Below are positions 50,233 through 63,738 of a stretch of DNA of 64,000 nucleotides, piece after piece. The stretch comes from Euprymna scolopes (lineage: Eukaryota): assembly GCA_053919585.1 (NCBI GenBank), contig CM132820.1. The stretch is one strand, 5' to 3'. The first letter of the stretch is position 1. Each line of letters starts with the position of its first letter. The translations under genes were made by a program, and so were the position numbers. The notes under the pieces are model-generated. The model did no database searches, was not told the origin of the DNA, and saw only the letters and a list, made by a program, of their open reading frames with translations.

Positions 50233-52700
50233 AAGTAAGAAGGAAATAACCACAACCAAGGCAAAACTACCAGAAAACGCATTGAAGCACAGAAATATGG
50301 AACCCGTGACTTCTGTAAAATCTATTACAGTTTGATCAATAATGAGCAATCAATAATTCTCCCACTATAAAACAATATTGAAGTTGTTTTCGCTGCAACT
50401 GAAAAGGCCACTCTGCTTGCCAATCAGTTTGCTGCAACTCAACTTTGGACCCAGCAAACAACTCCCTCCTAGGTTTTCCTCCGTGGGCAGAAACTATACT
50501 AGATGATTTGAAAATCAGCCCTTTCTCAAGTACATGATATAAAAAAAATCAGACACCTCAAAATCATGTCGCCCTGATCTCATCCAGCCTGTACTATTAT
50601 AAAAATGCTCCACCGATATTGTTTCACTTTCCTCCCAAATTTTCTGCAAATGCCTTAATGAATCTTTCCTTTCTGACTGCTGACAAACTGTTTCTGATGC
50701 ATCAGTTTACACAACTTCTGGCGAAAGAACTGACCTATTAAATTATCGTCCCATTAGCCTCCTTCCTCTTTTTTCCAAAATACATGGGTTCATAATGAAT
50801 TAATCTCTAGTCCGCCACCTCACAGCTGCTTAACGTCTGTATGAACAACAATATAGGTTTAGAAACACCTGTTCTTATGAAGATGTTCTGAGTGTAATCT
50901 CTGAACATATATACAATGCACTGGATAAAGCCGGGGAGGCAAACGTAGTATTCCTACATATATCTAAGGTCTTTCCTAGGATATAACCTATTTGTCTTCT
51001 CATGAAAATCAGATCCTTTAGTATAACTGGATGAATACTTAACATAATTACATTTTTCTTAAGTAAGGGAAGAAACCCAGTTGTCCTCGATGGTCGTATA
51101 TCTAAACAATATGATTTAAAAGCGAGTGCACCGCAAGGATCAATCCTTGGACTTTTATTATTCTTGATATTCATAAATGAGCTCCCTGATAAAATTGTGT
51201 CTGAGATGAGTATATTCGCTGACGGCATCAAGTTCTATAACAGACACGAGAAGAAAACAAATGAACACATATCCAAGGCAATGGCAGAAAACTTAGAGGA
51301 AAACCTCCGGTCACTGGATAAATGGGGGCAAAAATGGATGGCGATATTCAATGCTGCTAAAACTAAGCTCCTTTCCTTTAATAACTACAAAAACCTTCTC
51401 GGCTTAACTTTCACGAGGAACATGTTGGAACAGATACTTTGAGTGCATTGCCAAGGCTGCTGTGAGGAAGGTGTGCTCACTCTACCATGCTAGAGAGTTA
51501 CTTCGCCTTAAAGTATCCGTTATATTTACAATGTCACCATTCGCCCATGTATGGAGTATTGTTGGCACATTTGGGCTGGTGCATTTGCTATTAGTCTCTC
51601 GCTCTTAGACATATTTCAAAATAAATTCGCCAAGCTAATAAATCTCGCACTATCAGCTAGATTTCGACGAAATGTTGCATCCATCTGCCTGTTTAACAAG
51701 TATTTTAATGGTAAATTCTCCGACGAATTACAAGCCATATTACCACTTCGTCGTAAATACCTCTGGCAACAAATCCAACTAACAACAAAATTACACCCCT
51801 TCACAGTAAAAAGCCTTTGCAGTAAGAAAACCATTTTACTCTTATAGTTGTTTTTTCTAGAACTGCTTGATTTTGGAATTCCATTCCAGGTTTCTTTTTC
51901 TGCAACTGTGCTGACACGCAGAAATCCAATATCGTATAAACAAACATCTTATTGCTCAGCTCCCCAGAAAGTGCCCCTACAAATTATGCCCCAGATATTA
52001 GCCCCTTACATGAAAGGGTACTCTGCCTTGTTAGGGGGTGAAAATGCAATAAACAACACCTCCTATTCTATTAAAATAAGGTACTTATTTTACAAAAAAA
52101 GAACACGTTGGATCTCCTCGACTAATAATTAAGTAGATCTTCCTAGCCAAAACCCCACTAATACAGTTTGATAAGCTTTGAACAATAAAAGACTTAGCAG
52201 ATAATTTTATAAAGTGATCGATCGTCGTACACATCTCAGAAAACTTATTTGGTTGGAATATTTATATTAGACGAATTCAGATCAAGATTAAATAATATGA
52301 ATTTACAGGGTTGCTTAGATAGAAACGACGCTCTACTTATAACTAAGACACCACCTAGACTGTATAAGAAAACCGTCGTCGAATAAAAAAACCTTTTTAG
52401 TAGTATTGGCTATAAAAGACGAGAAAATTTCTTCGTCGATGTACCTAAACGAAAGATCCTATTGTTTTTTTTCCACAAACCTCGAATCACCCTATAGCTG
52501 TCATTAAAGCAATATCGAATGGGATATTTAATTTATTCACAAAAGATAGGATTTTTTAAGCTAAGTATTACTTCTATAATACCGCACTAGTTACATCAGG
52601 AAACACAGACATAATAAATTTCAATACCAATAATAATAACAAACCTCTAAACTCCCAAGCATAGTACCTCACCGAACACTCTCAGACTATCCGTACATTA
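49300..52700 (+). mobile_element. Penelope-like RT remnant (about 49300-49850 and 52055-52700) split by a CR1-group insertion
   Basis: KIKTKTQLFVPADQTKCYYKL, LKNYKPNI..IRL..LGKISKSIID, then after the insertion YILDE..LDRNDALLI (decayed LYRDDGL-type motif of PLE RTs). Confidence 0.6.
49860..52053 (+). mobile_element. CR1/L2-group LINE, degenerate ORF2 3' two-thirds
   Basis: IRDAPW, EKATLLANQF, NYRPISLLP, QYRFR, APQGSILGLLLFLIFINEL, FAD, FNAAKT, RPCMEYCWHIW; 3' UTR ends GCAATAAA. Confidence 0.9.
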
Positions 52701-53049
52701 ATCTTCCCACCTGACATATGCATCTAACTTGCACCATGTTCTCTGCACATATTCCCCATTATTTATTTGTCCTTCTAATGAGTTTCCCAGCCATCTTTAA
52801 ATTCGTATTCTTTTAATTCTTTTTCTGAAGCACAATTTAAAATGTAACTACAACCACCACCAAAGTGCAAAGAAACATCTAGCAAAATCAACTAAATCTC
52901 CTCCGCCAAAAGATGGTATCTCCGTTTCTAAAGGTTAAGTGTAACTACTTCTAATGTATACAATTTTAACACTAAATTTAAATAAGGGTACGTTCTAATA
53001 TTACTCACTTTTTACGTTCCTCCTCAGATTTAATTGCATTGTTCCCTCG

Positions 53050-53335
53050 CAGTTTTGCCACTTTCAGACTCGTCAACCTCCGGATATAAATCCCTGCACC
53101 AAGGGTCTACACCAAAGCACTTATAAACCTTTTCTCATCCTATACCGCTTAGTTAAACCTCCAATCCTTCTTGCCACTCCATTCCCTCTGGAATTCTTAT
53201 ATCTCTTTTCCTCTAGATCTCTTCACTTTCATTGATTTCCACACTAAATATATTTCAGTTTTTTTTAGAAATCTTGACGTTTTAAGTCTTCTCTTCCATC
53301 CTCATGAAAGTCAACCATTTTCTTCACGATTTCTT
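53050..53335 (-). mobile_element. Probable decayed RTE-like 3' end
   Basis: MRMEEK..KRSRGK-like peptide, purine-rich on the minus strand. Confidence 0.3.
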
Positions 53336-53643
53336 TTCTCGACGCTCTCTATTGTGACTTTTTAACACGCTTCTAAAAAACGCCTCGCAAAAAACTTCAC
53401 TCGTCCTCGAATCTCCTATTTCTCCTATCCGTCAAGAACGGATTTAATCTACCCATGTATTAAGGTCTACTTTAATCTAATGGGTGTTAGTTATTCTGTC
53501 CGTGTAGTGAGTGTTAGCTATGTTTGGCCGTGTAGAGAGAGTTATTGTGTCTGAAAGTGTATCGATACCTCGCTCTAACTGGGCGTGTATTTCTTTTATT
53601 TTTTCACATTTATCTTTGTATATTGTCTCCTATTTTATAGAAT

Positions 53644-53674
<31 letters not shown>

Positions 53675-53727
53675 GTAATATATATGTATATATATATATA
53701 TATATATTGGTATAGTAAAATTTTAAA

Positions 53728-54317
53728 ATGATGAGAAAAAATTGAACAATAATGTGATGTTATAAAGTAAATAAGTTGATTAAAAAAATCACGAAATGAT
53801 ATAAAAGCAAGAAACCCAGCGTCATCAGGTTAGAATCGCCTAGCATGTGCCTCGTTTCATCCTGGATCATCAGTCTATTTTCAAGGGATACCAATTAGTA
53901 GAATCGGCTATTGGACAACACTTAGCAGATAAAAAGGACTGTGGTTCTACAATCTCTCCAGAGTGTTTTTTCCGTTTTGCACAGAGGACGCACTAAGTAC
54001 CACCTGTATATCCGCGAGGCGTTTGACATCAGTTTTAGCCCCCCCTACATTGTGCGAACAGAGAAACCTACAGTATCAGTTGGAACTATTTGATGGGACA
54101 CAATCCATCTAAGGGTTTTTTTTTTCGCTTCTATCCATTTTCGCATACTATTACAACAATTCTACAAAAAAAAAGTTTCTTTTCTTCTTTAAGACGTATA
54201 TCCTTTAAAAGTCTCTCTGACGAAAAACTCTTCGGGTTTTATTATAGTTCATGATTTTTTGCGGTCTATAATCGACTTATTTATTTTATAACATCCAAAT
54301 ATTGTTCACTTCTTTCT

Positions 54318-54323
<6 letters not shown>
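53728..54323 (+). mobile_element. Penelope-like element 3' end (GIY-YIG C-terminus) with inverted terminal duplication
   Basis: TQRHQVRIA*HVP..ESAIGQHL..C..SVLHRGRTKYHLYIREAF..PTLCEQ; 53728-53815 is an inverted copy of about 54230-54323; flanked by (AT)n. Confidence 0.8.
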
Positions 54324-54348
<25 letters not shown>

Positions 54349-55026
54349 ACATATTTTTTGTGGTTCAAATGTTAATAATAGATTTGAACAAGAAAATAGG
54401 AGTCATGCTGATTTGGGAAACAGATAAGTATTTAAAGGAAACGCGACAATTCGTAAATAAACACGATTTAAGAGTAAATTAACATATTTATAATTTAGCG
54501 ATTAAAACAAAAACTTGAATAAACCTCGAGACGTCTTTCAACCAATAAATTGTAAAAAGAAAATATCGGCGGTTACGATTGAGAAAAAAATGGTAAATAT
54601 CGTTTAAAAAATAAGTAGTTTTCCCCCATTTCAACCGTTGTGTTGGGAAATGGAAAAGTAGACAAAAAACAAAAACATAAAATTTATTGTTGCCGATATC
54701 AGGGTAAAAAGAGTAAATTTATAAACTATAAAAACGAAAATCGAAACTAAAATAATTCGCCCCAAACACTCGCACCCACCTTTATCGCAAAAAAAAAGAA
54801 GAAAATCAAAGAAAACCACCATAATTTCTCTTGATTACAATCAGATGCCCGATAGAAAGCGCCTGAGGACAATATGGTCGACTAAACTTCTGGGCGCAAT
54901 TCTGCATAATAAGCTTGAAAAAAATTATACACACTCCTCGACAAATAGTAAAAGAAATTCAACAAGATGGGAAAATAGAATACCTCTGTATTGTTCAATC
55001 AAACATGTATAAATAATGACCTGGTG

Positions 55027-55100
<74 letters not shown>

Positions 55101-55103
<3 letters not shown>

Positions 55104-57913
55104 CGCCGGAAAAAAAGAAAGTCCGCACTTGTAATTTTTTCACAAACTGCAACTCTAAGCTAAAGTTGTTGTGAGAGTTTAAACAACATATACCTCATTT
55201 GATTCGGCTTTTATTCCTCTATAATTTAACCTATTCATATTTGACTTTTAATTGAAATAATGTAGTGTTCACCTCATTTTAAAAACATAACTTTAATTTG
55301 AGGAGGCAAAAAGAAAGTCCGCACCATCAAATTAACTTGAAACAAGCTTAAATTATCGCCACTAAATCAGTTTAAAATATCCACCAACAGGTAACAAAGC
55401 ATCTCTAATCATAATTGTTTTTTCCAGGTTATTCAACGGTATATTTAGTTCATATGTTATGGCGTTCGCTTAGTGATCGTCATGAGCTCATTAATTTCCA
55501 CCTTTCTGGTTTATTCAATCAGGAAATCAGCGGCAGATTGAAATGTGATGAGAAAAGATTGTGAAAAAGCACCAAATAACCGGCAGTGTTCTTGATGCCC
55601 CTAAATCTGGTCGTACTTGAATTACTTCTAGCAGGGAAGACAATGCTATCAAGATTTGTAGCCTAAAAAAAACAGATTTGAAACGGCCCCGCTAAATCCA
55701 ACAACAATTGAATATTGTTAAAAGTGATCTCTTTCTACTGTTAAGAACAGATTAAAAGAATTTAATTTGCGATGATATGTTGCAAGACGCAAAGCAATGA
55801 TTTCTGTAAATAACAAAATTGCTTTTTAGCAACGAAATCAAGTTCAGTAGATTAGACAGTGATGGTAGATAGTACGACGTTCAAAAAAAAAAAGAGGAAG
55901 AATTTAATCCTAGGTGTTCAGTTTCAACGCTGCAATGTGGTGTGGGGGATTATTAGTACCAATGATCCATGGCCTATAATTTGCTTGCAACGTCGAATTA
56001 ATTTGACCAAGTATTAGGTTGTCCGGAAAATAATGGCCAATTTTAGAGAAAAAGGATTTATTAATCAAATAGGTGACACTAGACATTGAAATTAGTCAAA
56101 GTATGATCCATGAACAGCCATGCATTTTTTGCAATCTATCAACTAGATGATTTATGCCTCGTTGATAAAAATTTTTTGGCTTAGATGCTGAGAAATCTTT
56201 GAAAACAGATTCAACTTCTGCATTAGATATGAAATTTTTGTTGCTTAAAAAAGCGGCTAAATGTTTGAAAAAATGGTAGTCAGTGGGTAAAAGATCTGGA
56301 GAAAAAGGAGGATGTGTAAAGTCTGTGACTTTCTGCAGTGTCATTCTCGCAACATGACGCCGCGCATTATCGTGGAGCAGGATTAGACCACGCCTATTCA
56401 CTAATGCAGGTCTCAATTTTTTAAAATGCTGATGCATTTCTTCGAGTTGATTGCAGTAAACCTCTGCCGTGATGCTGTGATTAGCATCCAGGAAGCTGTA
56501 ATGAATAATACCAATTGCACACCACCAAACAGTCAGCATAATCTTCTGTTGGTGAAACTTTGGCTTTGGAAAATGTTTGGGTGGTTCATCACAATCAAGC
56601 CATTGATCTGATCGTTTCCGATTATCATAAAGGATCCACTTTTTGTCACAGGTGACTATTCGGTCAAGAAATGGATATTTAATGTTTCGCAAAAAGAGCA
56701 TCGAACACACTTCAAAACGTCGAGTTTGTTGATTTTCATTGAACTCATGTGGGACCCATTTGTCGAGCTTTTTCACCTTTCCAATTCGCTTCAGATGGTC
56801 CGACACTGTTGAATGCTGACACCAAGTTCCCGAGACATTTCCCTGACATTTTGCCGTGGGTTTTGCTCAACAATGGCTCTCAAATTTTCATTGTGAAGAT
56901 TAGATGGGCGTCCTCTACCTTCTTCAACTTTAAGGCTCTCATCACCACTACGAAATTTTTGAAATCACCTTCGTACTGTTCTATCACATGTGATGCCTTC
57001 TCCCGATGCCCAATTGATATTTGCAGTTGTTTGAGAAGCATTGTTAACAAGCTTAAACTCATGCACGAAAAGTAATCATAAGTCTTCTTTTCTCATATTC
57101 CAAATTATGGGCTCATTCGCTCATAAAACGTTTTCTGATAGAAAAAAGTCAAAAATTATTAAAGAGCAGATATAAATCAATAATCATGTTGATGTTTACC
57201 GGAAATATAATAAAAATCATATGATAAAATCCAATTTAAAAACAGACTTCCTGAAATGGCCATTATTTTCCGGACAACCTAATACATTAATATGTTGACT
57301 GAGCATTTTCTACCCTATTTCTATTGGAATTTCTATTGGAATTTTGATGACAATCTCATCTTCATGCAAAATAATGCTCCTATTCAGACAGCTGGCCAGG
57401 TCAAGAGGTTCCTGGAAGAGCATGATATTTCGTGTTTAGATTGGCCTGCACAATCTCCAGACATCAACCCTATCGAATATGTATGGCATTACAACAAGCA
57501 ACAATTTGGAAGAACTTTGTACAAAAATTAAAGAAAAGTGGGATGCCGTTTCCCAGGAGTATTGCTGCAGTCTAATTCAAGGAATTACGAAAAGATTGCA
57601 GGCTGTCAAATTGCAGAAGTGCTATACTACTAAATATTAACTCGTTCATTGTGTTCCTGCTGCATTTGTGTTGCATTAATGTCCTAAAGTTACATTTAAA
57701 TAACAATTTTCCACTGTACGGATTTAGTTTTGCCTCCTCAATTTGAAGTTATTTTCTTTTTAAATTGACGTGAACACTAGAATATTTCAATTTAAAGTCA
57801 AATATATACAGGAAAAAATATAGAAGAATAAAAGGGGAAATAAATGAGGTACAGTTTGTTTAAATTCGCAGTTTTTGACACAAATACAAGTGCGGACTTT
57901 CTTTTTTGGCCGC

Positions 57914-57916
<3 letters not shown>
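55101..57916 (+). mobile_element. Tc1-family transposon (IR/DR ends) interrupted by a mariner
   Basis: Ends AAAAAAGAAAGTCCGCACTTGTA and its reverse complement, inner repeat 55300-55326; remnants DAPKSGR, FSNEIKF, QNNAP..WPAQSPDINPIEYVW. Confidence 0.88.
56014..57282 (-). mobile_element. mariner (DD34D type) element, 1269 bp, frameshifted transposase
   Basis: 26-bp TIRs TTAGGTTGTCCGGAAAATAATGGCCA, TA duplication at 56012-56013 and 57283-57284; WVPHE, IVTCDKKWILYDN, LLHDNAR, HPPFSPDLLPTDYHFF. Confidence 0.96.
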
Positions 57917-57970
<54 letters not shown>

Positions 57971-58282
57971 TATATGCGTATGTATACATATGTGCGTATG
58001 TATTTGTATATGATAGTATATATGTGTGTGCATGTGTGTATGTATATGTTTGTATGTATGTGTTATATGTATTGTGTATGTATGTAGGAATGTGTGCATG
58101 GGTGTATGTTTATGGGTATGCATGTGTGTGTATGTGCGTATATGTATATATATGTATGTAGGCCAAGGAACGTCTTCAATTTCATGTCTGCTTGAGCTTG
58201 TGAATTGCTGGCAAGACTAAAAAAAAAAAGAAAAAAAAATATCTTCTGGCTCATGGACTTTCAGTGACTAATGAGACGTTAC

Positions 58283-58338
<56 letters not shown>
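57917..58338 (-). repeat. CA/TA microsatellite with copy 3 of the 130-bp core (58163-58287)
   Basis: Reverse complement aligns to 12427-12560. Confidence 0.8.
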
Positions 58339-58341
<3 letters not shown>

Positions 58342-58817
58342 AGAAAGAAACCCCTGATATAAAAGCTGCGGCGACTGCTGCTTCCAATGATGTTGACTTG
58401 CCCTCTTTAGGTTTAATTTGGCAGTTGTTTAGACAGTGGATTATCTCATTACAAAGTCTATCCTCATTATAAAAAGGTTCAAGCACAGGCATTACTTGTC
58501 ATGCAATAGAATACACGCTGTGCAATCAGTGTGTGTCTCGATAACAAAAAAGGCTGAATGTAGTCTGAAACGGCAAACAGACATTCAATAAGGACTGATG
58601 CAAATATGGGTGTGGATCGCAATAAAGGCTCTGGGGACTTCCAGGGATTGGTCTGACAGGTGTTCGGCGCACCGCAGCTTGGACCCGGTCACCAGTGGAT
58701 GTGTTGAACTGTAGAAGGTTCATAGATGTGGCCGTCTTGCATGCGCTGTCGGTTTTCGTCATTTGAAACAGAGATATATTAAGTAATGGCAATGCTCGAG
58801 GACGTGTTGCTGCCATC

Positions 58818-58822
<5 letters not shown>
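58339..58822 (+). other. Unassigned GC-richer repeat fragment between (AT)n tracts, possibly an RTE-type 5' UTR
   Basis: Begins with a GGAGAAAGAAACCCCTGA motif; no convincing ORF. Confidence 0.25.
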
Positions 58823-58859
<37 letters not shown>

Positions 58860-58889
58860 ATATATATATGTATATATATTTATTTATAT

Positions 58890-61800
58890 TAATATTTCCG
58901 CATCTTTCCAGAGTATGACCGTCACACTTTTTTCTCCCTATCTCGTTGTCCATGCCATCTCAGATGATTCTGCACTCTCGTCCCAGATTTGCACAACTTA
59001 AAACAGATGTTACATACAAATTGAATAATTTCCACTGAGTTGACTTCCTCTAGAAGTTTAAGCTTTTCCTATGGACAATCACATGCCTTCTCAAACCAGC
59101 AATAGACTTGTAAACTTTGCTATATATTAAACAGATCGGTTTGTTTGGACTTATATGCTCAAAGTGTCCATGAACAGGAGTGTTGTGCGTCTTAAGGTGG
59201 TTGACGTAGAGAGCTTTCTACGAAAGCACTCGTTCACAAGTGTCGCATTTACAGCTCTGCATGTCATGGTTAAGACTATCAATTAAATCTTTGCGAAGCT
59301 CTCGTCCTTTTCTTTAGAGCATCACAACTTTCACTTACAAGCTATCACCACCTCGGCTTTTGCAGAGTAAGTTCTTTGTCGATGTCGATCTGTAAGACTT
59401 GTGTTTAGGGTGCTTGCCATTTTCCAGATCCCTAAAAAAATTGTTTTGGCAGCCTACATTCTTTCATCTGAACCAATTGGCCCACCCAACGCATGTGAGG
59501 TCTGATTATAAGAGTCTCAACACTGGAGCCACATGCTCTCACAAGAACTTCAGTATCGGGTACTTGTGCTGGCCACTTGATGTTTAAGATACGTCTCAAG
59601 CATTTTTGGTGAAATCGTTCAAGCCATTTAATGTGCCTTTTATACAATGTTTATGCCTCTGATGAATACAACAATGTGGTTTGCACACAGGTCTTGTAAA
59701 CGCAGATCTTAGTCAGTCTGTTATGACACGATCTAACAACACTCTATTCTCCAAGCTTCCAAAAGCTACAGATACCTTCTGAATTCGTCTGCAGAATTTA
59801 GTGTCGAGACATGGCTCTCTCGACAGAGAACTACGAAGATACACAAATGAATCTACTATTCCTAGTCTAGCACCACAGATCATGATTTTCGGCTCCACGT
59901 ATGACTTGCCCGGTGCGTCAGTGAACATCATTTTTGTTTTAGACAGACTGATCCTCAAAGGCAGTGCAGGAATCAGCAAGTTTATCCGTTATATGCTGCA
60001 TATCAGTCTCAGTATGAGACAAAAACTGTATCGTCTGCATACAGTAACTCGGTGACTAAGACATGATGCAGCTTGGTTCTGGCATTAAATCTTCTAAGAT
60101 TAAAAATGCGACCTGTGGTTCGAAACTTTACCATGACACCCTTATTGTAATCCTGAAACAAATGAGCAAGTAAAGCAGCAAAATATATGGAGAAAAGAGT
60201 AGCGGCAGGCATATCACCTGGTTTGACACCATTGTACACTGGGATTTCATCAGGCAATTTTCCGTTAAATATTCACACCTCCAATCTTAAGAAGGTCCAC
60301 CGGAACACCATCCCGACCAGGTGACTTGCCACCACTGACTTATGCGATAGCCAACTTCATTTCAACCAGACTTGGCAAACGGTTATTCTGAATATGATAC
60401 TACATTGTGGTAGGCTATCAATTGCATCAGCATCTACTGCTGAGGGATTGTGAAATACATCAGTAAAGTGCTCTTGTAATCTTTTCGAGATATTTACTGG
60501 ATTTTTAATGACAACAGAACCATCTTTATTGAATATATTGAAGAGGTAGGAGGACTAAATACTTGGCGCAGAAGTCCATAAAATTCCTTCGACTTCTTTG
60601 TGTAAAACGTCTTTTGGATCTGCTCCCTTATATTCATTGCCATCTTTTCAAGTTATCTTCTGGATTTTAAATGACAACAGAATTATCTTTCGACATCCGG
60701 GAATATATTGAAGAGGTAGGAGGACCAAATACTGGGCGCAGCAGTCCATAAAATTCCTTCGACTTTTTTGTGTAAAACGCCTTTTGGATCTGCTCCGTTG
60801 TATTTACCCACCATTGATTTTTCATTTTTGTTAGCTCACGTTGCAATGTGGCTTTGGCCTCTTTGTATTGTCGAAAATTAGTTGTATAATCAGAATGATC
60901 TTCACGAAATAAAGTGTCTGTTTATTCATTAGCAATTGATTAATTCCAAGATTGTTGTCGTCAAACCAGTTCCTGTTTTATTCCTCTTGCCAAGATCTTC
61001 AGCACCATCAGAAAAAACCTGAGTCTTGAAATTTACCTATGTGTAGCATCAAATGCAAGATCATCAGGCTTTTCCGCCATACTCTTTTAAACTTAAGCAA
61101 CATAGACTTGGCGACATAAATACAGCTAGGCACCTTAACGCCACTATGACGAACTTTCTTACTGATTCGTAGATTATACTTTTACGGGGAAAGGCTGTTC
61201 CTTTTCCATGTAAATAAGAAGAGTATTAGATAGGTGACAATGAGATTAGGATAAGCCGAAACTCGAACCTTGTAAGCAAGGTTAACAATTGGAATGTTCG
61301 AATTTAGTCTATTGTAAAATTCTATTAGAATAGTTAGATATTTTTTATCGTAAAAAAAATTGGTCGTTCATCCTTTTCAAAAACTGAATATCAAAACTGT
61401 CAGCAAAAGAATGAACAATACAAATTAAAAATATATTGTTAACAAAATAGGTTAGAATTATATGTTGAGAATTCTTTTGTTATTAAAAGTGTGTTTGGAA
61501 AACATGCAGAGCCACGTGAATTGGTCACGTGAAGGAGAAATATCAATATAGGATCTAGAGGGTCATTTGGGAGTCAGCAGAAGAGTAGAGTCGAGAGCAG
61601 TTGAGTTTTGTTGTTGGAGTTAGTCCTTTGAAAGCGACAGGAAGAATAGTAAACTACATAGATCCCAAATGTGAATTCCTTACGTCATCAGCAATGAATA
61701 AAGAATCATCGTTGTGTTTTTGTAAAACTCTTGTCATGTGTCATGTTGTTTCAACACTCAAAAGATAATGTGTTAATCATCTTGTAATGGGCATTGTGTA

Positions 61801-63600
61801 GCTCTTACAAGATTATGCATCTCCCCTCCTGTGTGTTAAGAACCTGTATACATCGCCAGTCAGTGTCTATGTGAAGCCCCAATCATCCCAGAACTGTATA
61901 AATGTCTTCTCTCTCTCCCTCATCATCGTTATATATGTCCCCGCCGTCTGTCTTTTAATATGAAACCTCACTATGAAACCAACTTTCTTCTCACCAACTT
62001 GTGATCGGTGTTACATTCGGTCCTACGCATGAGACCAACAGTTTTGCATCTCGAAGGTCACGTTTTCGAGTTATGATGAAGTCAATTAGGTGACTATGCT
62101 TTTAACGTGGATGTATCCACATCGTTTTGTGCTTCAGTTTACGGCTATAAAAGAGTTACAGATGGCAAGATTGAATTCTGAACGCAGCTGTAGTTGCTTA
62201 AGACCATTAGCATTTATGGTACCGATACGATTGCGGTCAAGAGCACACGAGATCTCATAGTCTTTCCTAACCCGGCCATTGAAATCAGCAAGAATAACAA
62301 GGTTTTTATTAATTGGTGTAGATGAACACCAACAACAGAGACTCATAGAAACACAATATGTCATCTTCATTCGCTTGAAGGGTTGGTGCATAGACCAAAA
62401 GAATAGTGATGAATCTGTTCTGTGAGAGAGGAATACGAAGTTTCATGATACGGTCTCAGATACTGGAAGGAAATTCCATTGTATTACCCAAGGACTTTTT
62501 AAACACAAAACCGACTCTACCATTTTTAAGGATAGCCTCCGGTTTACCAATCCAGAAGAGGGTGTAGCGGGATGATACCACTGTCATTTGATCACCTCCT
62601 GAGAGACGGGTCTCTGATAGAGCAGCAATATCTATATACAGTCTCCGTAGCTCTGCCGTGGCAAGCGCTGTCTTGCTCTCTGGACGGTTGGATGACCCGT
62701 TACCAAGAAAAGTGCGTACATTACAATAGCATAAATTGAATGTTATTCCTTTTTGACGATACATTTCTGTTTTCTTCCTGCACGAAACAAACCAGTGATA
62801 GTATGACAGACAATTTCTAGTGCGCCTTTTCTGGCACTTTCCCAAGACACTATGTTAGCAGTGTTCTCCCTGAATAGGGCTGCCCAGATAAAGTAACCCC
62901 CACCAGAGTTGGCCTCTGTCATGTGAAGGCACAACAACGATGTTAAGATAAGCTTCCTCTCGCCTCTTTTCAGATTTGTGACTGTGTACTTCGAACAGGT
63001 CAAGTCTGTACACGATGCCACTCCTCCATTTCACAGGACTGGCAATAGAAATGAAATACAGATAGAGATGATATAGAAAAAGATAAGAGATGAGATAGAT
63101 CTCAAGTAAGTAATAACACGATGTAGAGGTGTACAGGTGTACATCGTTTAATTAAAGTGACAAGTGCTTGTACAATATGAATGCCACCCTCTAAGTCTCC
63201 GCAAAAATAACCCAGTGACAAGCCATTGCAAGATGACTGGTAATTGCTCTGACTGCAAATTTCTCGTAAGAGTTGTCCTCTCCTAGAAATCTTGCCTCCA
63301 CCACGGCTTGCAGGAGCTCCTTCTACACCGCTAAAATCATTTACCTATGACGGGGAATTAGGTAGCTGGGCACGGTGGGTCATAAATGCCGCAGTCAACA
63401 AGGCCAAAGCTCCTCTGGAGGTTTCTGTCAGGGTTATCTCAGCATTAACCTTTCGTTCAAAAATCTTATCCCACAAGGCAGTGGGAATTCAGTTTTCTGG
63501 CGCTGAACACTCGCCATCCACCAGAGCCCTGTTGGCGTAGCAGAACTCATGACGAGCACGTGGGGATGATTAGATTGAGAGAAGCTATATATGACGCCAG
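58890..63600 (-). mobile_element. RTE-clade non-LTR retrotransposon, near full-length and degenerate (5' UTR, APE, RT, C-terminal C2H2 fingers)
   Basis: CNVRTF..IDIAALSETRL, ILADFNGRV, TDHKLV, GKSPGRDG, NGVKPG..TLFSIYF, ELLYADD, LERFHQKCLRRIL..RWVGQL..RLPK; ~130-bp internal duplication 60500-60800; deletion near 60285; insertion about 61185-61985. Confidence 0.93.
61463..61756 (+). mobile_element. LTR-like sequence inside the ~800-bp insertion that interrupts the RTE
   Basis: TGTTGA...TCAACA termini, 294 bp, AATAAA near the 3' end; no TSD or PBS seen. Confidence 0.55.
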
Positions 63601-63665
63601 AGCATATGTGTGCTTTTAACAAACGCCCACAACAATCCCTGAGCTTTAAGTATATATAAACACAC

Positions 63666-63738
<73 letters not shown>

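Noticed and set aside
56096-56806. Host SETMAR-like gene
   Set aside because: Bounded by TIRs and TA duplication, frameshifted, with no SET domain; an ordinary mariner.
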